NCBI RefSeq assembly: GCF_000015145.1
Contig: NC_008818.1
Coordinates: 540,001 to 572,000, forward strand
Reading direction: 5' to 3'
Length of the DNA: 32,000 bases
Source: Hyperthermus butylicus DSM 5456
GTDB lineage: Archaea > Thermoproteota > Thermoprotei_A > Sulfolobales > Pyrodictiaceae
The first letter of the stretch is position 1, and the number at the start of each line of letters is the position of its first letter. Positions 8,392-17,941 of this stretch are shown in pieces. The notes below the pieces were generated by a model. That model ran no database searches, was not told where the DNA came from, and saw only the letters and a list, made by a program, of their open reading frames with translations. The position numbers were made by a program, and so were the translations under genes.

Positions 8392-9549
8392 TTACCCCCC
8401 GGCTCCCCTCTCCACGGGGCCTCTTATAAGGTGCTCTCCGTGGCTTCTTTCTGGAACAACCCTCGAGCCTATAGCTGCAGCTGTGGCTGCTGCGAGGAAT
8501 GCTGCTACTGCTAGTGCGTTGTAGGTGCTTGTTTCACCTCTGAGCCTTGCGGCTGACAGAAGTACAATGCCGGCAATGCTGTAGGCTGATGATACGGCGG
8601 CGGAGCCCATGGCTTCTCCTACGAGTCTTGCGGCATACTTGTAGATGGCTACGTCGAAGAGAGGGTAAAGTGGAAGCAGCCAGACGGCCATGAAGATTGG
8701 GCCGTGGGTTGATGCTAGTAGCGGGATGTAGCCGGCATATAATATGAGCACTAGTGGGAGCACACGAGCCTCCCCAATGCGGTCTACGAGGCTGCCAGCG
8801 TAGGGCCTAACAGCGGCACCTATGAAGCCGCTCAGAGCTATGCCCAAGGCGTAGCCCAGTCTTTCCATCTCCACGCTGAGCTTAGCCATGTATATTGTGC
8901 CCACTATCTCGGTGCCCACAAAGGCCAGGCTAGCTGGTATAATGGCGACAGCAAAGTATCTCAGTCTCGTCAGTCCTTTGCCTCCCTTCCTGCTAGGCCT
9001 AGCCTGCGGCATCAAACCTAGCACTAGGTATATCGCGGCTACAATAATGCCTGAAACCACTAGCACCACGTCTGCGCCGACGTAGGCGGCGAGTATCGGT
9101 GCAGCTGCGCCGCCCAAGCTCCAACCAATTGTGCCTCCAGCAAGCACTATGCCGAGAGAGCGGGCGCTAAGCCCCGACACGGTGAGGGCGTAGCCCAGAA
9201 TCTGTGGCCCGGCGAGGCTCCAGGAGAAGCTAGCTATGAGGGCAGCAAGCCAGAGCAGTTCGGGTCTGTGGAGCCAGATACCGGTTAGCGAGAGGAACAA
9301 TCCCTCAGCAATGCCTAGGAGGAAGATAGGCCTATACCCAAGTCTTTCAGCAAGTATGGCGCCCAGAACACCCGCTATCGTAGGTATAGTCTCGGCAGCA
9401 GCAAGCATGACAAGGTACTCGCTACTCCCGCTATAAACCATCCTGGTCAGGGCGAAGTATGCACTCCACCCAGCAACGTGCAGCAGCTGTAGCCCCGCTA
9501 GCAGCAGCTCTAGTCTCATCAAGGGGCAGCACCCAGCCACTGATAACAC
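8392..9549 (-). CDS. Polytopic membrane transporter, MFS-like
   Basis: 385 aa, almost entirely hydrophobic, with about 10-12 predicted helices and short basic loops (RPSRKGGKGLTRLR in the centre). This matches MFS topology. An alternative start is at 9519. Confidence 0.65.
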   Translation of the reverse strand: MLSVAGCCPLMRLELLLAGLQLLHVAGWSAYFALTRMVYSGSSEYLVMLAAAETIPTIAGVLGAILAERLGYRPIFLLGIAEGLFLSLTGIWLHRPELLWLAALIASFSWSLAGPQILGYALTVSGLSARSLGIVLAGGTIGWSLGGAAAPILAAYVGADVVLVVSGIIVAAIYLVLGLMPQARPSRKGGKGLTRLRYFAVAIIPASLAFVGTEIVGTIYMAKLSVEMERLGYALGIALSGFIGAAVRPYAGSLVDRIGEARVLPLVLILYAGYIPLLASTHGPIFMAVWLLPLYPLFDVAIYKYAARLVGEAMGSAAVSSAYSIAGIVLLSAARLRGETSTYNALAVAAFLAAATAAAIGSRVVPERSHGEHLIRGPVERGAGG

Positions 9550-9618
9550 GGCAGGTATACAAGGTGATACAATACGGATAATATTCGTGGGCTTAGGGTT
9601 AGGGGGAGTGTGTAGCTA

Positions 9619-10854
9619 TTGGCGTGGGAGCCTCCCGTACCACGTGAACCCACAGCCGAGCCTCCAGTACCACACTTGGCTGAGGAGGAAGAGGAGCTAG
9701 AGTTTACCCCGGCGATACGTAGCCTCCTAGAGAAGAGCAGAGACATCGCGGAGGAGATAATAAAGAGGCTAATGGAGTTTCGCGAGCCTAGTGGAGGGAG
9801 CGGTGAGAGGCTCTGGGAGAAAATAGAGTCGGTTGTTATACGCGGCCAGCTAGGCTATGAGGAGCCCCTACCAGGCCTAGCAATAGATTCGACATTCCCC
9901 ATCGACGGTGGCATGGAGCTTATTGGGGGTAGGCTGGTTGCAATAGTAGCAGGCTACGTTAGCTTTGGCAGGCTCCAGGGCAGAATACTGCCGCGGCAAT
10001 CCTTTGCAAGTGTAAGGCTTGTAGATACTGAGGAGGCATTGAAAACTATCCCCTACCACGCTAAGCTCTACGAGAAGAAGCTGGCCATGAAGCTACTAAA
10101 GGCCATTGAGAACGGTGACGCGGATGCGAAGATAATACTGTTCGACGGCGAGCTTGTACCATACGCACTCCTCTTTAAGAGTCCCGAGTCAATAGGGAAG
10201 AGCCGCATATTATCAAGGCTATCGACTATAATGCAGAAGCTGCTGGAGAAGGCTAGGGAGCACCGCATAACCCTTGTAGGCGTTGTCAAGAGGAGCTACT
10301 CTAAGCTACTAGCAGTCTATACTGGGCGTAGGCTACCATTAAACGATAAGGCTGTTATGAGCCTAGTCCTAGACTACGGCGAATACGCTGTCGTGGGCAG
10401 GTTTGGCGACATCCTACCCAGGTACGCTGAGATAATTGCCCGCGAGAAGGGGGTAGACCCGAAGAAGTATAGGAGCATAGTGTCTGTAAACCTTAGCAAC
10501 TGCCCCGACTGCAGCAACATAGTCGTAGCCTTCTACAAGCCCCACACCAGGACACCTAGCCACCAAGCCGTAAGAGTCGAGGTGCTAGACTTTGGAGGTT
10601 ATGGGTTAGAGAGGATACTTTCAATGCTGAACAAGCTTACAAACCCCGGGACAGGGCTGCCATACCCTATAGACCTTGTAGACGAGTACATTAGGCTAGA
10701 AGCTAGGGTTCTCGAGCTGGTGAGAAGGAAGGTTATAGGCCATATAGCTCAGGTGCTTGATGTGGTTGGTCCGGGAGCGGTAATGCTGCTAGGCCATACT
10801 AACCCGGAGAAAAGATACATCTACGAGCCGAGGCGCAGGTTTACAGTAGGCTAA
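9619..10854 (+). CDS. nurA: NurA-domain nuclease-like protein
   Basis: 411 aa. NurA-type motifs appear in the expected order: LAIDSTFPIDGG, ILFDGELVPY, VGVVKRSYSKLL, LNDKAVMSLVLDYGEYAVVGRF, VRVEVL, GLPYPIDLVDEYIRLE. TTG start. The N-terminus is acidic and repetitive (EPPVPREPTAEPPVPHLAEEEEELE). Confidence 0.8.
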   Translation: MAWEPPVPREPTAEPPVPHLAEEEEELEFTPAIRSLLEKSRDIAEEIIKRLMEFREPSGGSGERLWEKIESVVIRGQLGYEEPLPGLAIDSTFPIDGGMELIGGRLVAIVAGYVSFGRLQGRILPRQSFASVRLVDTEEALKTIPYHAKLYEKKLAMKLLKAIENGDADAKIILFDGELVPYALLFKSPESIGKSRILSRLSTIMQKLLEKAREHRITLVGVVKRSYSKLLAVYTGRRLPLNDKAVMSLVLDYGEYAVVGRFGDILPRYAEIIAREKGVDPKKYRSIVSVNLSNCPDCSNIVVAFYKPHTRTPSHQAVRVEVLDFGGYGLERILSMLNKLTNPGTGLPYPIDLVDEYIRLEARVLELVRRKVIGHIAQVLDVVGPGAVMLLGHTNPEKRYIYEPRRRFTVG

Positions 10855-12431
10855 ATCTGTACCTCGTCAACTCGTAGCAGCATTGGGCGCCGCAGCGGAT
10901 TCATGAGGCCGGCCACGTAGAACTCTCTCCTACCCAGCATTGCAAGGCTAGCCTCCGTAACCTTGCCAAGATCCAGGTAGCCTGCTAGCTCCTGCAGGTC
11001 GCCCGTAGCCTGGAGCTTCGAGAAGAATACCGTGCCGAGATTGCTCCGGATACTCGTCTTGATATCTCTCGTTATTCTCTGGCTAGCAACGATTATGAAG
11101 AACCTCCACTTCCTCCCCTCCCTCGCTATGGTCTCCAACGCGTAGCTGGAAGCTCCACAGTGTTCGCACGCGTAGTTCTGAGCCTCATCCACGACCAGGC
11201 CGAGGTTTATCGGCTCCCGCCGCTCAGAGATGATCTCCCACACTGCAGATGCTATTGAGGCTAGTATGCCCCTCTTAACCTCAATATCCCTCTCATCACT
11301 TGCATCGAGGACCACCGCGCCAGACGACAACGCCTTCTCAACGATATCCCGAGGCTCATAACCCCTCGTCTTGAGACTGTCGAAGAGCTCTGGCGGCAAG
11401 GAGAACCGGGCTAGTAGCCTTAGCTTGGCTAGCGTTGGCGTCTTGAGGTTAAAGGCTTGGCCTACAACACCGAGTATGCCTAGGAACTCGTCGAACCCGC
11501 TAGCATTGCTGCCAGCTTGGCTGCTAGGCTGTGTTAGTCTTTTCTGCCGGTATACTGACCCGGTTGTGAGCTGCTGACACTCTGACGCGATGGCGGCTCC
11601 TCTGCCCTGTCCAGAGCTGTTGTAGCCATAGGCTGAGGCTGCATAGCACATAGCCGCGACTTCCACGGCATCCCTCTGGGTGCTCTGTAGGCTCCCCATC
11701 ATCCTTGTGACTATTGATGCTAGTATCTGGGGCTCTATCCTCACGCTACTAGCGCTTATCACTGGTATCCCGAGCTTCTTGGCTAGAGGCACATAGTCCA
11801 CACCGCTGTGGTCGAAGATTATGAGTTTATAGCCTGCACTAATTAGTTCCTGGATTAGCTTGGCTACAAGCCGGCTCTTGCCCGTACCAGTAGCTCCGAA
11901 GACACCTACGTGGTAGTTTATCCAGGCGGTGTCAAGGGGGAGTCTCCACCCGCTATACTTGTGCCTGCCCACGAACACTGGGCTGCTAACAGTGAGAAAC
12001 TCTGTGAGGGGCTCCGCGTTAGTAAGCCTAAACACCCTGCTACCCGGCGTGGGCGCATAGATATTGCTCTGGAAGCCCTGGCCAGAACTGCACAGCTTAC
12101 CGTTTAGGCATATGGCGCCGTAGATTTCCACGTATGCGTTGGTGAAAGGCATAACGGTCTCAATGCTCAATGCGTCGGGATGCTCTATGTAGATGTTGTG
12201 GATGCTCCTCCGGAGGAAGGGCTCATACCGGGTTATCCACCTAACCACACCGAGCATATAGTAGTCTTCTAGTCTGTGGTCATAGATGACTACCAGGTCC
12301 TCCTCGCGTACCTCAAGCTCACGATCCCTGCGCAGTGCTATTGGCGCGAATGCTACGCTGGCTCCACTAAGTACTATACCTACCTCCTCGCCCATCCGCG
12401 CTAGTGGTAGAGCCAAGGGGGCTCTCCACAA
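10851..12431 (-). CDS. herA: HerA/FtsK-like (DUF87) P-loop ATPase
   Basis: 526 aa. It has Walker A VGVFGATGTGKSRL, Walker B LGLVVDEAQNY and REGRKWRFFIIVASQR, plus an N-terminal barrel-like region. The likely true start is ATG at 12395 (MGEEVGIVLSG), with TATA-like CTATAT just upstream. Confidence 0.85.
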   Translation of the reverse strand: MWRAPLALPLARMGEEVGIVLSGASVAFAPIALRRDRELEVREEDLVVIYDHRLEDYYMLGVVRWITRYEPFLRRSIHNIYIEHPDALSIETVMPFTNAYVEIYGAICLNGKLCSSGQGFQSNIYAPTPGSRVFRLTNAEPLTEFLTVSSPVFVGRHKYSGWRLPLDTAWINYHVGVFGATGTGKSRLVAKLIQELISAGYKLIIFDHSGVDYVPLAKKLGIPVISASSVRIEPQILASIVTRMMGSLQSTQRDAVEVAAMCYAASAYGYNSSGQGRGAAIASECQQLTTGSVYRQKRLTQPSSQAGSNASGFDEFLGILGVVGQAFNLKTPTLAKLRLLARFSLPPELFDSLKTRGYEPRDIVEKALSSGAVVLDASDERDIEVKRGILASIASAVWEIISERREPINLGLVVDEAQNYACEHCGASSYALETIAREGRKWRFFIIVASQRITRDIKTSIRSNLGTVFFSKLQATGDLQELAGYLDLGKVTEASLAMLGRREFYVAGLMNPLRRPMLLRVDEVQI

Positions 12432-12467
12432 TATAGCCTATAGCGATAATACCTAATAACGAGAAGC

Positions 12468-13652
12468 CTAGTAGACAAAGGCCATTAACGCCTTGAGGTA
12501 GTCTAGGTGTGGCGCTGAAGGCCTTACAGGGTGGTCTGGTGGCATTCCGCGGATACCCCCTACCGGTGTGTAGCTGCGCCCGGCTCTTGCAAAGCTCTCG
12601 GCAACAATGCTTGCGAAGTCGCTGCGGGAGAGGTGTGTGCTACAGCTGCTAAGCAGTACTACACCGCCCCTCTCTACAAGGTTTATGGAGGCAGTATAGA
12701 GCCTACGGTATGCCTTTACCCCCTTCTCCCAGTCCTTGGGGTCCGGTATGAATGCTGGCGGATCGACTGCTATGGAGGTGAATCTTGTATCCTTCAGTTT
12801 CTTCAGTACGGCCCACACGTTATCAGCAATGATCTCCGCAGCGTCTGCTACCTTGTTAAGCTCTAGGTTTAGCTTTAGCAGCTCTATAGCCTTCTCGTCC
12901 TCCTCGACGAAGACAGCCCTCTCCGCGCCAGCTACGAGAGCGTGTATTCCGAAGCCACCAGTGTAGCTGAAGAGGTCCAGAACGGTGCCGTGAGCAAGTC
13001 TGCCGAAGTCTATCCGGTTCAGCCTTTGGTCCAGGAAGAACCCGGTCTTCTGTCCAAGACGGACGTCCACGTAGAACCTTGCATCCCCCTCCCGTATCAC
13101 GGTGCGAGTCTTCGTTCCGTAGCGCAGCCCCTCACGCGGCTTGAGGCCTATATCCTTCCGGGTTCTCTGCACGCTCTTCTCGTAGACCGTATTCACACCA
13201 GTGACCTCCACGACGGCTTCAACAACCGCGTCCATGTGAATATCCCAGACTATGCTGCTAGACTGTACCACCGCTACGTCGCTGTAGACGTCTACGATGA
13301 GTCCGGGGAGGTAGTCGCCGTCGCTGTGCACGAGTCTGTACCCAGCCTCGGGCCCAGCTAGGCCTAGGCGGCGCCGCGCCTCGAAAGCCCTAGAGATAAG
13401 AGTCCTAACGGCCTCTCGTGGGCTACTGTAGCTGCAGCCGCCAAGCTCTATGACGCGCAGCGCTACGGGGCCAACAGTATCGTATAGTGCGCAGCCAACA
13501 GTCTCTCCCCTTGGAGACTCGACGACCACCAGCTCGCCGGGCTCAAGCCCATGTGGAGCTTCAACCCATTTACGGTAGACCATTAATACGCCCCGGGTCA
13601 AGAGCAGCTTCAGTCCCTCACCTCTCACCCGTACCGAGCGCAAGGGCTCCAT
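12468..13652 (-). CDS. SAM-dependent rRNA (cytosine-C5) methyltransferase, RlmI-like (PUA + class I MTase)
   Basis: 394 aa. The N-terminus is PUA-like. Other motifs: GQKTGFFLDQR, the SAM motif VLDLFSYTGGFGIHA, and AVDPPAF. Confidence 0.85.
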   Translation of the reverse strand: MEPLRSVRVRGEGLKLLLTRGVLMVYRKWVEAPHGLEPGELVVVESPRGETVGCALYDTVGPVALRVIELGGCSYSSPREAVRTLISRAFEARRRLGLAGPEAGYRLVHSDGDYLPGLIVDVYSDVAVVQSSSIVWDIHMDAVVEAVVEVTGVNTVYEKSVQRTRKDIGLKPREGLRYGTKTRTVIREGDARFYVDVRLGQKTGFFLDQRLNRIDFGRLAHGTVLDLFSYTGGFGIHALVAGAERAVFVEEDEKAIELLKLNLELNKVADAAEIIADNVWAVLKKLKDTRFTSIAVDPPAFIPDPKDWEKGVKAYRRLYTASINLVERGGVVLLSSCSTHLSRSDFASIVAESFARAGRSYTPVGGIRGMPPDHPVRPSAPHLDYLKALMAFVY

Positions 13653-13667
13653 GGTGCTGGTCCCTCC

Positions 13668-14132
13668 TCACAGCAGATTCTCAGCGGCGATGAGAGGTGT
13701 CGATACTAACACTAGCGAGGCCAGGCCACCAGCGAGTAGGGATACCAGCCTCTCTTTCCTCGTAAACCCCAGTATTAGCGCTACAAGCGAGCCAGTGTAC
13801 ATTCCCGTGAATGGTAGGGGTATAGCGACAAAGGCTGCCAGCCCAAGCGCGCCGTAGCGCTCTACGAGCCCCCTATGCTTCTCTGCGAGCCTTCTAGCCC
13901 TCTCGAGGATCAACCATGCAGCTGGCATGCGTGGCCCCATTCTCTCGAGCAACACCTCTAGCTTTTCAACCAGGAGCGAGAGTGCGAGGGAGAGCATGAC
14001 GACCTCAACAACAGCAATAGCTATGGCTGGCGCTGTGCCAAGCATAGCTGCGAGTAGTAGCAACGTATAGCGCGGCTCGAAGCCAGGCGCAAGCCCCAGC
14101 ACTATGGCTGTCAAGACGCTGGTGCTGGGCAT
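13668..14132 (-). CDS. Small membrane protein (small multidrug export protein-like family)
   Basis: The hydrophobic core starts at MPSTSVLTAIVLGLAPGFEPRYTLLL... . I trimmed the 222-aa track ORF to the ATG at 14132. The upstream 68 codons look non-protein-like and would overlap the divergent glycosylase gene. Confidence 0.55.
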   Translation of the reverse strand: MPSTSVLTAIVLGLAPGFEPRYTLLLLAAMLGTAPAIAIAVVEVVMLSLALSLLVEKLEVLLERMGPRMPAAWLILERARRLAEKHRGLVERYGALGLAAFVAIPLPFTGMYTGSLVALILGFTRKERLVSLLAGGLASLVLVSTPLIAAENLL

Positions 14133-14260
14133 GATGCGTGCTACCCTACAAGGCATTCTCTGCAGGTGGTAGCCTCTTAGCCGAAACATCAGCAAGGTAA
14201 ACCGATATATTTCCTCACCAGCACACCATATGTGACAGCAAGCTGTAGGTATGGAGTGCC

Positions 14261-15211
14261 TTGACTGGGGCTGTGCGTCTAGAGGGGCCAGTTTATAGTC
14301 TCGAGCTGCGTTATGATCCGGACAGCTATAGTCCAAGGGACACCATGAGGACCTATAGTTTTGGCTGGATGTACTGGGGTGAGGATAGGGGCTACATAGA
14401 GCTGTGTAGGGGCAGCGTAGCCGAGGTATCCTGGTCAGACGCTGTTCTCTCCGTGAGAGTGTTCTCAGAGCCCGGCACGCGTTGCTGGGAGATGGCTATC
14501 AACAATATTGCGGGTATGCTGGGCGTTAACGAGGACCTGGCTGAGTACTGGAGGCTAGCGCGTGGCGACCCCCTCGTTGGCGGGCTGGCGGAGTCTATGA
14601 GAGGGCTCCGGCTGCGACAGACAAGCATCTGGTATGGCTTTCTCGTAGCAGTCTGCCAGCAGAATGTCAGCTTCCGGCAAGGCTGGAACATGCTGTACAG
14701 GCTACACCTCAACGCATCCAGGCGCCTCGTCCTCCCTAACGGTCGTGTCTACCTTGAAACTCCAAGCCCTCAGAACCTAAGCTTCGAAGTGCTACGCTCA
14801 TCCGGCCTAGGCTACCGAGCTAGGACGGTGTTGAACCTGGTAAGTGCGCGAGCATGGGAGCTAGAGTGCGGCAACCTAGAGGAGGCCCGTAGCGTATTGG
14901 GCGTTGGCAACTATACAGTGTCGCTGGTAGAGCTGCTTGCATGCCGCAACTATAGCAGTCTTCTGCTAGACCGGTGGCTTCGCAGGCTTGCAGCCGAGGC
15001 GTACAAGGTTTCGGAGCGGGAGGCTGCGAAAGCGCTAACTGAGAGGTTCGGAGAGTGGAGGGGGTTGGCGGCAATACATACAACAATAGCCTTTGATGCT
15101 GAGCCTTCGCGGCGGGCGCTTGAGAGGCTTAGAAGGGGTGAAAACAAGCCGGGACGGGTAGAGCCGTCACCCATATCGCTCTGGAAGCATACGCCTCCTG
15201 TTAGCTCTTAG
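14261..15211 (+). CDS. HhH-GPD superfamily DNA glycosylase (AlkA/Ogg-like)
   Basis: 316 aa. GFLVAVCQQNVSFRQGWNMLYRL matches the conserved helix before the HhH. LGVGNYTVSLVELL...LLLDRW matches the hairpin-helix plus catalytic Asp region. TTG start. Confidence 0.7.
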   Translation: MTGAVRLEGPVYSLELRYDPDSYSPRDTMRTYSFGWMYWGEDRGYIELCRGSVAEVSWSDAVLSVRVFSEPGTRCWEMAINNIAGMLGVNEDLAEYWRLARGDPLVGGLAESMRGLRLRQTSIWYGFLVAVCQQNVSFRQGWNMLYRLHLNASRRLVLPNGRVYLETPSPQNLSFEVLRSSGLGYRARTVLNLVSARAWELECGNLEEARSVLGVGNYTVSLVELLACRNYSSLLLDRWLRRLAAEAYKVSEREAAKALTERFGEWRGLAAIHTTIAFDAEPSRRALERLRRGENKPGRVEPSPISLWKHTPPVSS

Positions 15212-15863
15212 GCAGGAACCTAGCTAGAAGCCTGGCGAACGGCGGCAGTATCCTCGTTTGCACGTAGACCGTTGCGGGCCCAGTAACCTCTATGACGAAG
15301 CCCTCGCCGCCGAAGAGGAAGGTTTTGAGTCCACCAAACTTTCTCACAGTATACCTTGTATCGGCTGGCATAGCTACGAAGTGGTAGTTGTCGATTACTA
15401 ACCTCTCTCCAGGACCGACCTCAACCCTCTCAATACCACCATAACTGTTAACCCATACAATTCCATGCCCCTCAACCTTGAGCCAGAACAGCTCACCTTC
15501 AGCTATAAGGCCACGGAGCCCCCGAAACGATGCTGTAACCTTTAGGTCACCATAGTGTGCAAGGTAACTCGCATCCTGTATCACCCATTCACCATTAACC
15601 TCTATCGTGTCAATATCTCCCGGCAAGCTCGGTGCAAACCATACCTCCGCTCTACTCCTGGCGCGGTATCTGTTAAGGAAGAAGCTTTCACTGCCTGCCA
15701 GCTTGCGCAATAAACCCGAGGTAATGCCTCCACTCTGAGTTCTAACCTCAACATCGCCTCGGAGAAGCATCAATGCACCAGGCTCGCTCCAGACTTCCTC
15801 ACCGGGTTCAAGCTCTACCTTTAGCACAGCATAAGCAGGACGATAGTCTATACGCCATTTCAA
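15201..15863 (-). CDS. AIM24/TIGR00266-family protein (DUF124)
   Basis: 220 aa, beta-rich. YAVLKVELEPGEEVWSEPGALMLLRGDVEV and GEGFVIEVTGPATVYVQT are typical of this family. Confidence 0.8.
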   Translation of the reverse strand: MKWRIDYRPAYAVLKVELEPGEEVWSEPGALMLLRGDVEVRTQSGGITSGLLRKLAGSESFFLNRYRARSRAEVWFAPSLPGDIDTIEVNGEWVIQDASYLAHYGDLKVTASFRGLRGLIAEGELFWLKVEGHGIVWVNSYGGIERVEVGPGERLVIDNYHFVAMPADTRYTVRKFGGLKTFLFGGEGFVIEVTGPATVYVQTRILPPFARLLARFLPKS

Positions 15864-15925
15864 ACTGCAATCCCTCCAAGACTACGTATTAGGCCTCGGA
15901 CCTATACATACTAGTGGTGTAAAGT

Positions 15926-16678
15926 GTGGGAGAACCGAATGTAAAGTTTGGAGTTCCAATACTTGATAAGCTTCTCCCTCGGGGGATTCCTCGTCGCAGC
16001 CTCGTCATAATGGTTGGGGATAGCGGTACTGGGAAGTCGTTAATCACCCAGCTCATGGCAGGCAGTTTCCTACAGCGTGGCGAGAAAGTGATATACGTGT
16101 GCCTCGACGATGATCCTGAAAGCATTGTCTCCAGCATGGAGTCCCGTGGTATCGAGGCAAGACGTTATGCCCGTGAGGGCAAGCTAATACTTGTGGATGC
16201 ATATGCTTCACGTTATGGGCTTGAAACGGAGGAGTATGTAGCCGAGAAAATTAGCAGCCTAGACATACATGGTGTTTCATCCATACTAGCAAGACTTGCA
16301 GATAACAATGGGATAAGGGACTCGGGGCTGGTGATTCTAGACAGCCTGAACTCTTTCGCCTTCCGGTACGAGCCCTCAATGCTATACGACTTCTTGAACA
16401 TGCTCAGGGTTAGCCTTGCAAAGAAGAGGGGGATAACGACAGTGGCAACGTTCCATACGCCAACCCAGCTATATGCCGAGATAGCTGCCACACTAGAGCA
16501 TATGGCTGACGTGTACATAATTATACGCTACCATGAAGAAGCCCTTGAGGCTGGTGTGGCTGTTCGCGAACTACTAATCAAGAAGGCTAAGGGTGTTCCA
16601 GTAATGTTTGGCTGGGTTAAGTTCGTAATAACTGATGAAGGTATACTCGAGGCGAAAGTTAGGAAGATTGAAGGATAA
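15926..16678 (+). CDS. KaiC/RadB-like RecA-superfamily ATPase
   Basis: 250 aa. GVPILDKLLPRGIPRRSLVIMVGDSGTGKSLI (Walker A), VIYVCLDD and a Walker-B-like LVILDSLNSF. GTG start. Confidence 0.8.
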   Translation: MGEPNVKFGVPILDKLLPRGIPRRSLVIMVGDSGTGKSLITQLMAGSFLQRGEKVIYVCLDDDPESIVSSMESRGIEARRYAREGKLILVDAYASRYGLETEEYVAEKISSLDIHGVSSILARLADNNGIRDSGLVILDSLNSFAFRYEPSMLYDFLNMLRVSLAKKRGITTVATFHTPTQLYAEIAATLEHMADVYIIIRYHEEALEAGVAVRELLIKKAKGVPVMFGWVKFVITDEGILEAKVRKIEG

Positions 16679-16810
16679 CAACTCATTGCTCTTACCAGTT
16701 ACCCAACTATATTATCCCCTTGCACTATTCCCCCAGCCATCCGGTCAAGCCTCTCTGAGCATTCATCGAGTAGTACTATGTCGACAGTATCGCTGCGGTA
16801 GGCATGAAGG

Positions 16811-17941
16811 GTGCAATGTGGAATGGTTAGGAGGCTTGCAGTAAGAAAAATTCTGAGAGCACGTAGGGCTATTCGCGGAGTACTCGTAGTGGCTACCATA
16901 TCGCTAATCTTGTCCCTACTAGGCCTTGTAATGTATGTCTTCTATGTGCCGTCGGAAGTAATTCTGATGGAGGCCTTTGTATGGCTTATAGAGGCTTTAT
17001 CATTTGGTAGTCTTGCCCTAGCCTTCAAGATAGCTGCATCGAAAACAGTTACGTATCGTGCACGATACGAGCTGTTGAGGCTTGAAGCACTTGCTGCGCT
17101 GATAACGAGTGTAGTTGCTATGTTTGTCACGTCAACAATCATGTATAAGGCTGTAACAGCAGAGCACAGGGAGCCTTCACCAATAATAGTGTCGGTATAC
17201 CCTTTGGGCAGCGGTATCATGAGCTTCATACTCGAGCACAGGCTGTCAAGGATACTGCGTGGTATGCGCATTAAACTTGTAAGCGTTAGGATGATTGCTG
17301 AGAAGCTAAAGCTAGACGTAGTATTTGAGCTGGGTGGCGGCGTAGCAATAATAGCTGCAAACCTGCTAAACTCGGCACTATATGAGACTGTTGCAGCACT
17401 AGTAATGAGCGTCTATGTGCTCATGGGTCTTTATGGTATAGCTAGAGAGGCAGCAATGCATCTCCTAGGCCTTGTGCCAAAGAGCGTTCACCGCGACATG
17501 GAGGCAAAGGTTAGAGCGTTACTGCATAAGGTTACACGGTACCGTAGGATTAGAAGGCTAAAGCTGGAAAGCTACGGTACATTTAGCGAGGTGGAACTCT
17601 GGCTAGAGGCGCCATCATCAATAAGTCTTGGCGAGGCATACTATGAATCGATAAGGATAGCGCGTGAGCTAATACATAACATTCCAGAACTGTTGCGTGC
17701 ACTTGTTGTCCTTGTCCCAGAGAAAGAGGCCACAAGCCAGCTAGCAATGAGGCTTAGCGAGGAGGTGCCAAGAACGAGACTTGGTAGACGACGTCGTCAA
17801 GTCAGACTTTCCTCTTCTCGATCAGTTTCGCGATCTTTGAGAGGTAGCGTGCAGTCCTTACAGCCTCGGCAGGTACCTCGACGAGTTCAGAGCCAACAAC
17901 AACGAAGTGGCGACGGCGAATCCCAAGCTTCATCACCTTAA
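16811..17941 (+). CDS. Cation diffusion facilitator (CDF)-like membrane protein
   Basis: 376 aa with six hydrophobic helices. A C-terminal cation-efflux-type alpha/beta domain is present (VTRYRRIRRLKLESYGTFSEVELWLEAPSSISLGEAYYESIRIAREL). The last roughly 45 aa are R/S/Q-rich and lie antisense to the next gene. Confidence 0.7.
   Translation: MQCGMVRRLAVRKILRARRAIRGVLVVATISLILSLLGLVMYVFYVPSEVILMEAFVWLIEALSFGSLALAFKIAASKTVTYRARYELLRLEALAALITSVVAMFVTSTIMYKAVTAEHREPSPIIVSVYPLGSGIMSFILEHRLSRILRGMRIKLVSVRMIAEKLKLDVVFELGGGVAIIAANLLNSALYETVAALVMSVYVLMGLYGIAREAAMHLLGLVPKSVHRDMEAKVRALLHKVTRYRRIRRLKLESYGTFSEVELWLEAPSSISLGEAYYESIRIARELIHNIPELLRALVVLVPEKEATSQLAMRLSEEVPRTRLGRRRRQVRLSSSRSVSRSLRGSVQSLQPRQVPRRVQSQQQRSGDGESQASSP

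Noticed and set aside
8154-8524. Two plus-strand ORFs (91 and 87 aa) between the hypothetical gene and the MFS gene
   Set aside because: They overlap each other and the 3' end of the MFS gene in antisense. Their composition is Ser/Leu/Arg/Pro-rich, so they are likely spurious.
13668-14336. The full 222-aa version of the small membrane protein ORF
   Set aside because: The first 68 codons (MDYSCPDHNAARDYKLAPLDAQPQSRH...) are not membrane-protein-like. They would also overlap the divergent glycosylase gene start. I trimmed the CDS to the internal ATG at 14132.
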